Shown: positions 62,906-64,000 of the stretch, one piece after another
How positions within the stretch are numbered: position 1 is the stretch's first letter
Layout of the letters: each line of letters starts with the position of its first letter
Origin: Catajapyx aquilonaris
Taxonomy: Eukaryota
Reading direction: 5' to 3'
NCBI GenBank assembly: GCA_000934665.2
Contig: KZ538145.1
Coordinates: forward strand, 1-64,000
DNA: 64,000 nucleotides
The notes under the pieces: model-generated
What the model was told of the DNA's origin: nothing
The model's database searches: none
What the model saw: only the letters and a program-made list of their open reading frames with translations
Position numbers and translations under genes: made by a program

Positions 62906-64000
62906 TCGCTAATGGCGAGAGACTTTACCCCCACCGCCTTATTTGGCATGCATTTCGCCAAACGAGTCGGCGGTGAAACTCTGGGAAAAGCGCCGAATTA
63001 TTCTTCGGGAGAAATTTTTGCTTCCCGAACAAACTCATTTACGGAGAACAGCCTCGCGTTATAGATTTTCACTTCCAGACACCACCTCCGAATTCATAGT
63101 CGGCTTCGCAACAAGGTTATTGGCAAAGCTGTCACTCCTTCCTCCCCCTCTACTACAACCCCCCCCACCTACACCTTATTCGGATCCTGCTTCCTTTCCC
63201 ACGTCCTGCATTTCGATTATTATACGTGTCGCTTTGTGCTCGTCTATACCTTCTGACTTGCACCGCCTGACTGACTTCCTCATGTAATTACGCACCTTAT
63301 CTGATCTCACTCCGACAATATCTACACACTTGGACAAAACAGTCTATTTCCTACATTCATAGGTCACACTCTGAAACTTTGCTCAGCCAGAAATCGGGCA
63401 ACTATGGCAAAAGAATCGACAGCAATGCCTGTAAAGATAGAAAGTAACATCTCAATTTCCCTGCCAGTTACGACCGACTTGGTAAGTGCATCGCCAAAGG
63501 ATGAAAGTGCAGAATCTCTTCAGGGATGTCAGCTAATGGGAACATATCCTGGCAATGTCAAAAACTGCCGTGATATGACCAAAGAAGGGAAACTGAGCGG
63601 CTTCCAAACTCTGGTCCTTGCCAACAAAAAAGGTAAGAAGGTGGAGGGGGGGAATATTCTCAGAAGGAATATCGAAGCAGATAAGAGAGAGCGGGAGCAA
63701 GCAAGCGAGTCTTCCAAAAAGTTTGTAGATGGGTGCCATTTATCATTTGATAACTGCGGTGGGCGCCGAACGGCTATTGTCAACTGGGAATCGGGCGTGT
63801 CTCCAAAAAAGAGAGTTAGAAAAGGGAGAGAGAGAGAGAGAGAGACAGAAAAAATGAGTATCCCCTGTAGGCCATCCCTATGCCCACGTCGAAGGGAAAT
63901 GTATGGGCGCATTTCTACGTGTTGCTTGCTGCTTCCCCTCTAGAGATATATTTGCTCCAAACTCGTAGAACGAGGGCAGGCCACTCCACCACCACCACTA

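Noticed and set aside
63404..63943. 179-aa plus-strand ORF (MAKESTAMP...)
   Set aside because: It has no recognisable domain, runs through a (GA)n microsatellite and is antisense to the inferred gene, so it is consistent with chance.
1..64000. Prokaryotic-type systems (CRISPR arrays, operons), rRNA, transposase or reverse-transcriptase ORFs
   Set aside because: There are no repeat-spacer arrays, no long ORFs and no recognisable rRNA, RT or DDE motifs; the window has eukaryotic intron character.

Overview
This window is eukaryotic genomic DNA, most likely from an arthropod (inferred from the protein N-terminus and the SINE/MITE types), and it is almost entirely non-coding. The one credible coding segment is a minus-strand exon (CDS 21913-22214; probable exon 21913-22467). 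It encodes a His/Asn/Ser-rich N-terminus beginning M(SLKM)LNSLNALAGKISP, which I recognise from memory as the arthropod CELF1/2 (Bruno/arrest) N-terminus. The exon has a clean branch point/acceptor and a phase-2 GTAAGT donor. I found no RRM exon, so the downstream intron is longer than 21.9 kb. The most notable signal is two textbook 'ratchet point' (recursive splicing) motifs on the same strand as the exon, each reading branch point + polypyrimidine tract + YAG|GTRAGT. One is at 4041/4042, 17.9 kb downstream of the exon, and one at 42061/42062, 19.6 kb upstream. The upstream site has a cryptic donor 73 nt further on. This suggests the whole window lies inside a giant, recursively spliced CELF/Bruno transcription unit. 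The introns carry several non-autonomous DNA transposons (Tc1/mariner-, PIF/Harbinger- and Sola-like MITEs, plus a Helitron nested in a MITE), tRNA-derived SINEs, a perfect 34-bp palindrome, microsatellites and many poly-G/C tracts with small assembly gaps. All calls were made by eye; no database searches were run.
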